Assembly: GCA_052327205.1 (NCBI GenBank) | Contig: CM126207.1 | Location: 33,666,001 to 33,730,000, forward strand | Length of the DNA: 64,000 bases | Direction of reading: 5' to 3' | Source: Somniosus microcephalus | Lineage: Eukaryota | In this document: positions 1 through 10,949 of the stretch, piece after piece | How positions within the stretch are numbered: the stretch's first letter is position 1 | How the letters are laid out: every line of letters begins with the position of its first letter | The notes under the pieces: generated by a model | Database searches by the model: none | What the model was told of the DNA's origin: nothing | What the model saw: the letters and a program-made list of their open reading frames with translations, nothing else | Translations under genes and position numbers: made by a program

Positions 1-268
1 CCCACCTCAAGGTACATAGGTTTTTATTTATTTATTAGCCTGGGAAAATTGGCATTTTCTGTACAGATGGAAGACAGTTTAATTTGAATTCCCCAATTCT
101 TGCATTCAGGTGTGATAAGGTTTAAAGTCATAAACTACTTATTTGCAAATCTAAAAAATGAGGAAGAATTTGTACTTAAATCAAGCACACCATGCAATTA
201 TTTATCTTTGAGAAAGAATTTGCATTTATGTGCCACTTTATCACATCTTCAGGTTATCCAAAAACGCT

Positions 269-606
269 TAGAATCATACAGCACAGAAGGAGGCCATTCA
301 GCCCATCGAGTGTGTGCTGGCTCTTTTGAAAGGGTTATTCAATTAGTCCCACTCCCTTGCTGTTTCCCCATAGCCCTGCAAATTTTTCCTTTTCATGTAT
401 TTATCCAATTCCCTTTTGAAAGTGACTATTGAATCTGCATCCACCACCCTTTCAGGCAATGCGTTCCAGAACATAACAACTCGCTGTGTAGAAAGATTTC
501 TCCTCATCTCCCCTCTGGTTCTTTTGCCAATGATCTTAAATCTGTGTCCTCTGGTTCCTGACCCTCCTGCCACTGGAAACAGTTTCTCCTTACTTACTCT
601 ATGAAA
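269..606 (-). mobile_element. CR1 LINE 3' fragment
   Basis: ORF 343..573(-) TRGHRFK..QRVVMFWNALPERVV..FKRELDKYM is a CR1 ORF2 C-terminus, followed by a typical 3' UTR and TATGATTCTA tail. Confidence 0.9.
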
Positions 607-628
607 CCCTTCTTAATTGCAATACATT

Positions 629-1314
629 GGCCTAGAAATTCAGTGCCCTTAGCACCGATTTTGCGGCGCTAGAGGGCCTAGCGCTGCAATTGGCGCCGGT
701 TCCTAAATTGCCTGGCGCCCTTCCGCGGCGGTAGACCGGTAGCGCTGCGCCGGCACCGATGACGTCATCGGTGTGCGCAGCGTCCCGGTTGCCGTGGTAA
801 CCCGGCCCCAAGCCGAAATTCAGTTGCGGCCGCCTCGCCAGTGGCAGCCGCAACTAAGACTCCGGCAAACGAGTGTTGCCGGAGTCTGCGCCGGCGCTTT
901 AAGGAGGCGCGGCGGCCGGCCGCTTTCCCGCCGGCCGCCTGCCCGCAGCTCCCTCCCCGGACTTCTCCCCCACCCCCCCCCGGAACAGATGCAAGCCTGG
1001 CACTTGTCCGAGGTGCCGGGCTCATTTTTGATGAGATTTGCGCGGGCCGCGGCCGGGTGCAGGCAGCTCCTCCTTAACGGAAGGAGGAGGCCTGCACTTC
1101 CCGAGCCTGCCGCACCGCAGCGGGCGCCGCAGCGCCGGAATAGCGCCGCAATGCGGCGCGTTGCGCCAGTTTTCAGGCGCTAAAACCCTTCAGTAGCGCC
1201 GGCAGCCGTTTGGGCGCGGCGCTACTGAATTTTTGGCGCGCGCAAAGGGCTTTAGCGCCGGCGCTAACTTCCGGCGCTAAAGCCCTGGCGCAGCGCAAAC
1301 TCAATTTCTAGGCC
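629..1314. mobile_element. GC-rich PIF/Harbinger-type MITE (686 bp)
   Basis: Perfect 12-bp TIR GGCCTAGAAATT/AATTTCTAGGCC; 3-bp TSD ATT at 626-628 and 1315-1317; no transposase ORF. Confidence 0.9.
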
Positions 1315-1527
1315 ATTACATTTAAGTGTAATTATTATGTAGGAAAACATAGCAGTCAATTTGTGCACTGCACAAATCCACAAAGAACTATTCAGTCAGA
1401 GAAACAATCTGTTTTTGATGGTGTTCATTGAGGAAGGAATGTTGTCTAACAAGAGAACTGCTCTTCCAAGTGGTGCCGAGGAACCCTTTAATCCACCTGA
1501 ACAGGGAGGTGGGGCTTCAGTTTAATA

Positions 1528-2439
1528 CAAAAGCAAAATACTGCAGATGCTGGAAATCTGAAAAACAAACAGAAAATGCTGGAAACACTCAGCAGGTCAG
1601 GCAGCATCTGTGGAGAGAGAAACAGAGTTAACGTTTCAGGTCGATGACCCTTCGTCAGAACTGGAAGAGTTAGAGATAGAACAAGATTTTAAGCAAGTGC
1701 AGAGGCAGGGAAAGAGGGAAGGGAGGAAAGAACAAAAGGGAAGGTCTGGGATAGGGTGGAAGGCAGGAGAGATTAAATGACAAAACGTATTATTGTACAA
1801 GGCAAAAGGAGATGGTAATGGGACAAGTAAAGAAACAAAAGATGGGCCTAGAAGAGGAGTAAATGGGAATATCAGAATCATCAAATGGGGGGAAAATGAG
1901 GGCAGTAGTTATGATATAAATATAAGTTGTTGTTGTTGAAACTGTTGAACTCGATGTTGCGTCCAGAAGCCTGCAAAGTGCCTAATCGAAAGATGAGGTG
2001 CTGTTCCTAGAACTTATTTTGAGCTTCATTGGAACGGTGTAGGAGGCCGAGGACAGAGAGGTCAGAGTGGGATGGAGCGGAGAATTATTGTGACAGGCTA
2101 CCGGAAGCTCGGGGTCACCCTTACGGACTGAACAGAGATGTTCTGTAAAGCGGTCACCCATTCTGCGTTTGGTCTCCCCAATGTAGAGGAGATCGCATCG
2201 TGAGCAGCGAATACAGTTTACTAAATTGCAAGAAGTACAAGTAAATCGCTGTTTCACCTGGAAGGAGTGTTTGGGGCCCTGGATGGTGGGAAGGGAGAAG
2301 GCAAAAAGGCAGGTGTTGTATCTCCTGCGCTTGCACGGGAAGGTGCCGTGGGAAGGGGAGGGGGTGTTGGGGGTGATTGAGGAGTGGACCAGGGTGTCGC
2401 GGAGGGAGCGGTCCTTTCGGAATGCTGAAAGGGGAGCGG
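1528..2439 (-). mobile_element. Penelope-like element, 5'-truncated (GIY-YIG endonuclease remnant plus 3' end)
   Basis: ORF 1982..2482(-) reads FTCTSCNLVNCIRCSRCDLLYIGETKRRMGDRFTEH (GIY-YIG type); 9-bp TSD AGTTTAATA at 1519-1527 and 2440-2448. Confidence 0.9.
1626..1662 (-). ncRNA. Minimal type I hammerhead ribozyme motif in the Penelope-like 3' end
   Basis: Minus strand AGTT-CTGACGA-AGGGTCATCGACCT-GAAACGTT-AACT: core CUGANGA and GAAA, stem II GGTC/GACC, stem I AGTT/AACT, palindromic ACGT in place of stem III. Confidence 0.75.
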
Positions 2440-3525
2440 AGTTTAATAACCCGTCTGAAAGACAGCACCTTTGACAATGCAAGACTCCCTCAGTACTGCA
2501 CAGACAAGAATATGTGCAAAGAATCTAGAGCGGGGCTTGAACCCATGACTTCCTGACTGAGGCAAAAGTGCTACCACTGAGTGAAGCTAACATTATAAAC
2601 ATATAATGCAGACATTCACAGAAACTCTAGGCAGTGTCCTAGGCCAATAAACCATTCTATAGGGGCTACTAAATCTTATGCATCAGTTGCCCAGATCAGC
2701 AAGTATCTGTGCTTTTTAATCTCCATATGATATATGCTTGCAAAAAAACTATAATGAATGTGTTATGAGCTGAATTATGCCTATTTCTTTTGCTGCAGAA
2801 TTACTACCACTAGGAGAGTGTCTATACTGTTTAACTGAGGTTATTACAGCCATTAGAGGGGTATCTTTCATTTCATCAGTTTGGGCTGGATTCCTACTTG
2901 GGACTCAAAGGGCAATGTGCTACCAACAACACAATTTAGTTTTCCAGGAATGTAGTCTTCAATGCATCAGATATTCATCAAATGAAGACTGAGAACAGAC
3001 GTAATATTCAATTGAATAACGTTCATTTACCAGAGTGAAGGGTGTGTGCAGCACAAGTTTTTTTTTCTTCCTGAATTACTATCTACACTTTAAGTGCCAG
3101 CGTGTGAGGAATCTTGGGCACACGCATCGTATACTCTTATGGGTCAGTGCACTGAAACTTCCCTTAACTCTATGATTTATTCATTTTCCTGTTTTTGCAT
3201 GGAAATTGGAAGCTCTGCAAGGTAAAGCTCCTGACCAGCTGGGGATCCTGACTGTCTCTACTGTTATCAATAGGCTTTAGATATTTAAGTGGCAGAATGT
3301 TGCCACATGCTAGTGGTGCAATGCCAGGGCTTGAGCTTGCCCTCAAAATTCCCCATACCGAAAGTTCTCAATCTTATCCTTACTGTCAAGATTTAGGAAA
3401 TCAAGCAGAGACCGGACAACTCCTAAGAGGAAGGGAGATTGGAGAATGAGCAACCCCGCTCCCCGCCCATCACCCTCCCCCCACCCATGAATTTTAAATG
3501 CACCTCCTTGGTAGCCAGGCTCAAG

Positions 3526-4765
3526 CAACAACAGCAACTTGCATTTATATAGCGCCTTTAATGTAACAAAACGTTCCAAGGCGCTTCACAGGAGCGTTAT
3601 CAGATAAAATTTGACACCGAGCCACATGAGGTGAAATTAGGACAGGTGATCAAAAGCTTGGTCAAAAAAGTAGGTTTTAAGGAGTGTCTTAAAAGAGGGG
3701 GAAGAGGTGGAAATGGTGGAAAGGTTTAGGGAGGGAATTCCAGAGCTTAGGGCCTAGTCAGCTCAAGGCATGGCCACCAATGGAGGGGTGAAGGAAATCC
3801 GTGATGCACAAGAGGCCAGAATTAGAGGAACTATGAGGGCGATTTTCCCAGCCCTGAGGAGGTGGGTTTGGAGGCGGGACTGCCGGGAAAATAGCAGAAT
3901 CTGGGGGCAGGTACCCATCCCGGCCCCAACCCGCCTCCGTGCCATCTTCCCAGGAGGCGGGTACCCGACCCGTGCTGGGAGCCCCCTCCCCGAGGCGGGA
4001 AGGGGATTAATGCCAATTAACTGCCTGTTAACAGGTAGTTAACAGGCAGTTTTTTGGCTAATCCCCATTTTGAGCCCTGAAGTGTGGTCTTCCTGAGGGC
4101 TCCGAACCTCGCCAGCATCACGAGGCGGGCCGACGGTCTGTGGGGGTCGGAGGGGTCGAGATGTCCGGTGTTCAGGTGAGTGATGGATGCATGCGTGCAG
4201 AGGTAAGTGTGTGAGGTGAGTGTAAAAGTGTTTTAAAAGCTTTACTTACCTTCACTTCTTCCTGCAGGCTTCCTCCCTTCAGGTCTCAGGAGTCACTCAG
4301 CTCACCGGCACAGAAAGCAGAATGGCCGCTGCACTGTTAAAAGCTGCAGCCTTCTGCTTTCTGCTCAGGAGAGCTCTCTAACTCAGCCTGAGTGACAGGA
4401 CTGAACTTAGAGGACAGATTGTCAGTGTTCACAGAGCTTCACAGAGCCGTCAAACGATGACATTTCATCTGTCAAAAGCTCTTGACAGATGAAACGTCAC
4501 TCGCTGACGTCACCAGTAACCGGCTTTCCCTTAATTGGCCTGCTGAGCCCGCTGTGCAGGCTTAACAATGTCAATCAAGGGAAAATAGCGTAGGTTGGTC
4601 ACAAGTCGATGGAGGCGGGACTAAAACCCGACAAGTGGGAGTCCCGCCTCCAAAAGCTCCCCATTGACAAAATCCAGCCCCTAGAGTTCTCGAGGGTTGT
4701 CGGACTGGAGGAGGTTACAGAATTAGCAGAGGGCTAGGAGCAGGCTAGGAAGAATGCAAGACTTA
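3526..4765 (-). mobile_element. L2 LINE 3' fragment interrupted by a Harbinger-type element
   Basis: L2 tail (CAA)n-CTTGCATTTATATAGCGCCTTT...; the sequence resumes at 4681 (GAGTTCTCGAGGGTTGT) after the insert. Confidence 0.8.
3835..4680. mobile_element. PIF/Harbinger non-autonomous element (~845 bp), same family as 60811-61643 in opposite orientation
   Basis: Imperfect TIRs GAGGGCGATTTT / AAAATCCAGCCC; end-to-end reverse-complement similarity to 60811-61643 (both translate ...PINCLLTGS); TSD ambiguous (CTA). Confidence 0.85.
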
Positions 4766-5416
4766 AACCAATGGGGGAAATAAAAATGAAGGAGAAAGAT
4801 AAATATGTGTTAAATTAAAATGTGCCATTTCTTTCAATTGTGGCTGGAAGTCCCTTGAAGCCCTAAGGTAACAACAGTAATGGTGGTGTTGAAAGATGCC
4901 AGAAGGATCTGCAAATCGTAATACACTGTGGAATAGAATATTATTTTTCTTCATGTTACACCAGATTGCTATTAGCAGTGCTGATGCTAATAGCAATAAT
5001 TGCATTGTGCAGAGTATGGGTTGCTGCTGCTCTGGGCTTATTACAGGTCTGTGATGAAACTAAAACCAGGTTGAATCCAATAGGCACTCTTTTCATTAAA
5101 AAGCTGCTCATCGACCCTTTCTTTCTTGAGAAGGGAGAAGAGCTGGAGCATGATGCCTTCGTGTTTAAGTAACACGTTGGCGTGTTTTGAAGTGATTCAT
5201 ATCATCTCGTGCAAACAAAAGGATAAAGGTTAGCTAAATACTTTTGTTTTCATGAAGCTAGTGTCTTTTAAAAGATTGAATGCAACATTGCCATTGACTC
5301 AATGTAACAACATTTGCTTAAATAACAGTCACTACACGTCAAAGAGATTTCTTGCGTGTGAAGCAATTTGGGATGCTGATTTTATATTGATCTTTGGTCT
5401 TCGGTTCCCTTTGCCC

Positions 5417-5682
5417 TTGGGTTCCCAACTCCGGTTGAATGTATTCCTGGAGCTTTCATCATGTGACCTCCTACCGCCAATAGACCCACCCGGTCAAACA
5501 ACCTTTACTCCCCATCTCCAATATTTTAATAACTAGGAAACAAAAGTGTTCAAAGAAAGTAAGAAAAACACACTGTTTAATGTTCCTGTGATTTTTCTCC
5601 TGGGTTGCTCGCAGCACGGTTCATGAGATTGACCATTCATTCCTGGAGACTCCAGGGCAATCCTGGAGGGTTGGCAACCCTA
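5417..5682. mobile_element. hAT (Tip100-like) MITE
   Basis: Termini TTGGGTTCCCAAC / GTTGGCAACCCTA (TAGGGTTGCCA type); flanks CTTTGCCC and CATAGCCC (6/8 TSD). Confidence 0.7.
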
Positions 5683-7315
5683 CATAGCCCAGGTCTCCAG
5701 CAGCTGGCGGCCAGCTGAACGGACAACTGACGGATTTTGTTAGACTGATGGCCAGATAGACTAGTTTGTTTCTCCATAGTCTTATCACCTGCTACTGGTC
5801 TAACTGCAAGAAAGCTGCACCGGTGGCAACATGATCATGGCAGATTTCAAGCACAACCACTGCTCTCAGCAGGTACCCGCCTCTCTTGTAATGACGCTAT
5901 AATGCAACGGGCTGATGACACGACGCAGTTACACTGTGCATACGTAGTGGGTAATTTGCCACCGCCGCTCTGTGCATCCCTTGGAACGTACTATGCCACT
6001 GGTTGACGGGAATACTGGCCGTGCAACTCGCGGTGTAAAATTGCGAGAGGCCAGCCTCCCAAATCCGCCATATAAAAAGACCTTCATTCTAAGGCTGCAG
6101 TATTGGTTCCCAGAAAGGTGGTACCCATTCATCCTATCTGTCTGGAACTGCGTTCCACCTCCAGAGGAAATTCCTGGTGCCTTTCTTTTTTAGGGTGCAT
6201 AACCAGATCCTGCCCCATTTAGTATTCCCATCTATCCTTGCCCATACCCATGTGTATATATGTCTGCATTCTTCTGTGTATTCGTATGTATTTTGCCATG
6301 TATGTTTGTGTGCGTGTATACACACACTTTGTGCGTTTATATTGGTATGTTGTGTGTTGGCATAGCCAGGTCAGCATCTTTAATGCTTATCTGAATAGTC
6401 TATTCTTGTGGAACACCGCCATTATACTGCTGACCTACTGAGTGATGGCTAGTGCTTTTTCAGCTACTGTTGTCAAATATTTTAAGCACTGGCTGTCTAG
6501 ACCATTTAAAGAAAACAAGAAAAAAAAGGCAAGTTTGGACGGATGCCACAGAAAGGGATGTGGAACAATTGCTCTGCAAAACTTCAGATAAGTTTGTCCC
6601 ACCACAAAGGGATTTCTTGGAGTGGGAGGAAACTATTGGCATGCCTTCTGATCTCCTAATGTAGGAAAAACCTAAAGCCAGTTGTAATTACTGCTGGAAT
6701 TAAATTGCTGCTAAAATACAACTTTTATTTGAGCTCAGCGCATTACGTGAGGGCTGTAAGCATTGCAATTACATAAATGCAGTCACGTTTTGGGATATCG
6801 CTTGAGCTAAAACAGTTATCTTCTGATGAAAAGAGGTAATTATTGTTTGGGGCTCATTTCCAGAATGAATGAATATTATTGGTGTGTAATGGTTTGCTGT
6901 GTAGATAACCACTGTTGCTATGTAACCAGCAGTTTGGCAAGGTGCCTGCGACAAAAAGAATGATAACAGGAGATTACTCGGCTGTTCTGTTGATAGTGAG
7001 AAGTTCAAATATAGTTCTGGTGTAGTGTACAGTGGGACTGGATTATCAAGGCCTGCTGAGAAAGAGAACACTAGATGCGTGGCACAGCTCAGAGCCTAGA
7101 ACAAATGTATACGGACAAGAAGAGAAGGAATAAAGTCTTGTGGGGGATTTCACAAGGGTGTTAGAAAATTACTCTTGTGAAGGGGATAAAAAGAAAGGAA
7201 TATTTCAGGACAAGGTGCTGAATGTAGATTGCTCATCAGAACAGTGTCTCTGAGTGGTTGTATAATGTGTAAATACAGCACAGCAAGAAGCCAACCAATG
7301 AACGAATGACCGGAT

Positions 7316-7574
7316 TGGTGTTGGTTGAAGGAAAAATGTTGGCCAGGATACCAAGAAAGCTCTCTGATTTTTGAAAAGTGTCCTAGGATCTTTTACGTTC
7401 ACCTTAGCAGACAGGTGGTACATTAGTTAAATATCTCATCTGAAATATGGCACCTCTACCAATGCAGAACATCCTCAGTACTGCCTAAATCATGTGCTCA
7501 AGTCCATAGTGGGACTTGTACACCAGAACCTTCTGACTCCCCAGCAAGATTTTGCTTACTGACCCGAGCTGACA
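7316..7574 (-). mobile_element. Deu-domain SINE fragment
   Basis: Matches the head and body of the other copies (GGATCTTTTACGTTCACC, CTCAGTACTGC, AACCTTCTGACTC). Confidence 0.75.
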
Positions 7575-8149
7575 ATGATGGGAACAAAGGCTCATCATGC
7601 ATCAAATGGAGAACATTGCTCTATTAGATTATTTTAGATGGACAGAATAATGGGGATTAAACCATTTGTTTTAGTTAGTTATAGCTAAGACATGGAGCTT
7701 CTTTGTCTCTGTGATCCAGAGGGTAGACAATACATGAAGTTCTTTGGTTTCAGTGACACGGCAGTGAGTTATCTGTCCTATTGGTTTTCTTCATTTGATG
7801 TTTTGCATCTCCAAAAGTTAATCATGTCAGACCATTGTTAATATTGGTGAGTTTGCAGAATAGGAGAAGCAGGCAGATTTCACTGGGGCTGAAATTCCAG
7901 GAGAGGCCCTTTGGATCTTCATAGCCCTGGTGGGTGCCCACACAATTTATGGTGGCGATTGGGATGCCTGCCTCCGGTGGGGGAAGAATTTAGCAGTGGG
8001 GCATGGCTGCACTGCAAGTAGGCCAGCATTGTTGGTGCAAGATGCAAAGAAAGGCAGACATTTTGTTAGTAACACTGTTGGCCGGTTTCAAAGCAATCAA
8101 TTGCTCTTTGGTCAACTTTAGGAAACCGGATTCATAAATGAGCATTGCA

Positions 8150-8490
8150 CTCCTTCAATTTAGCCAGAATTCTGCCATCCACCAGCTCCTCCACTCAGCT
8201 ATCACCCTTATCCTCACTGTCCTTCATCAGTCCCTCATCCCTCGGTGCATCGACTTCAAAATCCTCACCCTTGTCTACAAACCCCTCCCTGGTCTTACTC
8301 CGATCTACCTCTTTCTTCTCCTCCAACACTATGCCCTGCTTGCATCCTCCTCTCTTCTCCCCTCCACTCTCCCATCAGCCTTTAGCCATCTTGCTCCACA
8401 CTCTATAACACTCACCCCGAACTCCTCTGCCTTGCATCATGCTTCCCACACATTCATAAGTCTCCACAAAGCCAATCTCTCTGACCTCTA
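8150..8490 (+). mobile_element. Degenerate L2 LINE 3' fragment
   Basis: Translation IDFKILTLVYKPLPGLTPIYL..LLQHY resembles the L2 ORF2 C-terminus. Confidence 0.7.
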
Positions 8491-8734
8491 GTTCCATTCC
8501 AACTCCTGCTGGCTTCCCACCCCAAATTGCGAAGTGCCTTGGCTATATTTGCTACATAAATATAAGTTTCCGAGTTCACTCCTTGAATCAATAGTATTTC
8601 AATTTGGTTGACATTCTGAGAATGAAATGCATAGAAGAAACCCATAGGGCAGAAATTTGTTTGGAGTTGCTCACACTCACCACTGTAACTTTGCTGGAGG
8701 TGAGGCAGAAACCCTGTTTACAGTTGTAAACAGT

Positions 8735-9051
8735 GGGGGTAATCTTAACCTAACCGGTCAGGCGGGAAACCGGATTAGGTGGAAGGTCAATTTTACACCT
8801 GGCCAATATTCCTCTCCATTGACTTCAGTGGAGTGTAAAATCGGGTGGGGTGTCAAACAATGTTCCCAGCAATTTTTTTGGGCACTGTGCGGCCCCTTTA
8901 AGGGGCTGCGTGGGCCATTCAAAATACCGTGGATGCACGGTTTCGGCATTGAAAATCCGGCAAGCTGGGCTGCGCGGGATCCCGTGCAGCTTCCAGGGAA
9001 CGTTGGTGTCAAACCATTTTCCAGATGGCTGGGTTAGGTTAAAATTGCCCC
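8735..9051. mobile_element. Harbinger-type MITE nested in 8647-9788
   Basis: TIRs GGGGGTAATCTTAACCTAACC / GGTTAGGTTAAAATTGCCCC; TSD AGT at 8732-8734 and 9052-9054. Confidence 0.85.
8858..9005. mobile_element. hAT MITE (148 bp) nested in 8735-9051
   Basis: TIRs CAATGTTCCC / GGGAACGTTG; perfect 8-bp TSD GTGTCAAA at 8850-8857 and 9006-9013. Confidence 0.9.
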
Positions 9052-9083
9052 AGTGTTTCCGTCTCACTTCAGGCAAAGTTATG

Positions 9084-9747
9084 GGGGGAAAAATTCAGTT
9101 GTTTGCGCCTCCCATTAGCGCCTTAAGAGGGCGCTAATGGGGCACAAAGCAACTAGCGCCCGGGTGCGACGATGTTTGCGCTGTTCGCAAAATTAACTAG
9201 ACATTTTGTGGCGACGCTAAACACTACCACCACGATCTCCTGCGCCGGCAGATTGTGACGTCAGTCGCGTGCGCAATGCCCCGTTAGCGCCCCAGACTGG
9301 ATATTGAGTGGCGCCCCCTGCCTTACCGCCTGCCGCTAGCAACGACAGGTTGAAGGGAGCGTTATGCTGTCAGAAAGGAACTGGGGGAGCGCTATTTAAA
9401 GGCGACCGCTTCCTGCCTTTTTTTGTCAGTGACATTTTTGCACCACGCATTCTGAGAGAGAGAGACTTCTGGAGAGATTCAACGCTGTGTGAAGGAGTTT
9501 TGAGCAGCACTTTGCAGGTTTATTTTGATTTGCCCTTTCTTGCTTCACCAGCGCTCTGAGGTAGCACCTCGCTCCTCGGCCTTTGCGCCTTAAGACAGGT
9601 GTGAAGCGCCTGATTTAGCGCTCCAATCACCTCCAAGGGCGATAAAAGCCAAGTTTGCTGTAGGAGGCGATAATTAGTGCCAGGCGCTAAACTTTGCGCA
9701 TGGCCGATAATGGCACCCCAAACGGGGCGATACTGAATTTTTCCCCC
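9084..9747. mobile_element. GC-rich Harbinger-type MITE (664 bp) nested in 8647-9788
   Basis: Perfect 16-bp TIR GGGGGAAAAATTCAGT; TSD ATG at 9081-9083 and 9748-9750. Confidence 0.9.
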
Positions 9748-10539
9748 ATGGTCTCTGAGTGTGAGCAGCTCTGAGGAAATTCCTGGTCACAATTTTGCAA
9801 AATCGTTAAATGTTTCTTAGTAATTAAATGAAAGATAACTTTCAACAGTTGGCACCACTGTAAGAGCATCTGGTTGGGAAGTATCGGCCAGTGAGATGAC
9901 TGAAAAGCTTTGGTGCAATGAATTAAATGATTAGTCTGGTAACACTTATAAAGAAAGTCCCCCCCCCCACCGCCTTGAGCTCCTGATCATGTTGTAATAT
10001 TGTTCATTTGAAGTTCTGTCATTTTCTTTAGCAGTACGTTAACTGGAAACCCAGCAAAGCCCTGTGGTCAAAATTGAATAAACTGTGCTCTGGATAGCAG
10101 TATTCCAGGTTTGCTTTTGCATGACTGGCTTCCAGGTTTTTTTTTCCCTCAAACAATAAGATTTCTCAACTGTATGATGTGCTGTGAAAGAAAGAAATTT
10201 AACAGGAACCTTAGAAAAAATTAGTCAAACAAATAAAGCAATTCTCAGGAAAGAACAAAAAGGCACATTTAATGATATCTTAACAGTGATTGGACCTTGG
10301 CACCATCCCAAAAGTGCCTACATTACAAGGACTGGAATGGTGACAGGGTTAAGGGAGTCTGTAAATGAGAGTATTGCAAGAAAGGGCCTTTACCAGTACT
10401 TGTGGAAAAGAGTGACTTATTACTCATAGAAATTTATTCTGACTGTCAATCTTACCACATCAATATGGTACACAGACAAAACTATATTTCAATCAATACA
10501 AATCACAACTTACTAAAATATGTTGATGTAATGAGACAC

Positions 10540-10949
10540 TGAGCTTTGGATCAGTGGGTAGCACCCTCGCTTTTGAGTCAGAAGGTTGTGTGTTCAAGCC
10601 CCACTCTCGTGCAGCACTGAGGGAGTGCTGCACTGTCGGAGGTGCTGCCTTTCGGATGAAATATTAAACCGAGGCCCCGTCTGCTCTCTCAGGTGGACGT
10701 AAAAGATCCCATGGAACTATTTCAAAGAAGAGCAGGGGAGTTATCCCCGGTGTCCAGGCCAATATTTATCCCTCAATCAACATCAATAAAACAGATTATC
10801 TGGTCATTATCACATTGCTGTTTGAGGGAGCTTGCTGTGTGCAAATTGGCTGCTACATTACAACAGTGACTACTTTATTGGCTGTGAAACGCTTTGGGAC
10901 ATCCGGTGGTCGTGAAAGGCGCTATATAAATGCAAGTCTTTCTTTCTTT
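10540..10949 (+). mobile_element. Deu-domain (SacSINE1-like) SINE, near full length
   Basis: tRNA-like A/B boxes (TGGATCAGTGGG, GTTCAAGCCC), Deu core GAGGGAGTGCTGCACTGTCGGAGG..AAACCGAGGCCCCGTCTG, L2-type tail GCTATATAAATGCAAG(TCTT)n. Confidence 0.9.

Larger units (their letters stand above)
211..2592 (-). mobile_element. Deu-domain (SacSINE1-like) SINE split into four pieces (211-268, 607-628, 1318-1527, 2449-2592)
   Basis: The pieces are collinear with intact copies at 23088-23534 and 57564-57976: tail TTGCATTTAT, body CTGCTCTTCCAAGTGGTGCC...CTCCCTCAGTACTGCAC, tRNA-like head GGGCTTGAACCC...GTGCTACCACTGA. Confidence 0.8.
8647..9788. mobile_element. Palindromic Harbinger-type MITE (outer host) with nested insertions
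   Basis: With the inserts removed, the left arm GAGTTGCTCACACTCA..TAACTTTGCTGGAGGTGAGGCAGAAAC pairs with the right arm GTTTCCGTCTCACTTCAGGCAAAGTTA..TGAGTGTGAGCAGCTC; flanks ATA/ACA. Confidence 0.8.

Noticed and set aside
632-1183. Overlapping GC-rich ORFs as a gene or CpG-island promoter
   Set aside because: Entirely within a TIR/TSD-bounded MITE; low-complexity Arg/Pro/Ala translations with no recognisable domain.
10540-10610. tRNA genes at SINE heads (also 24412, 42355, 49065)
   Set aside because: A/B boxes run straight into SINE bodies; no complete cloverleaf.
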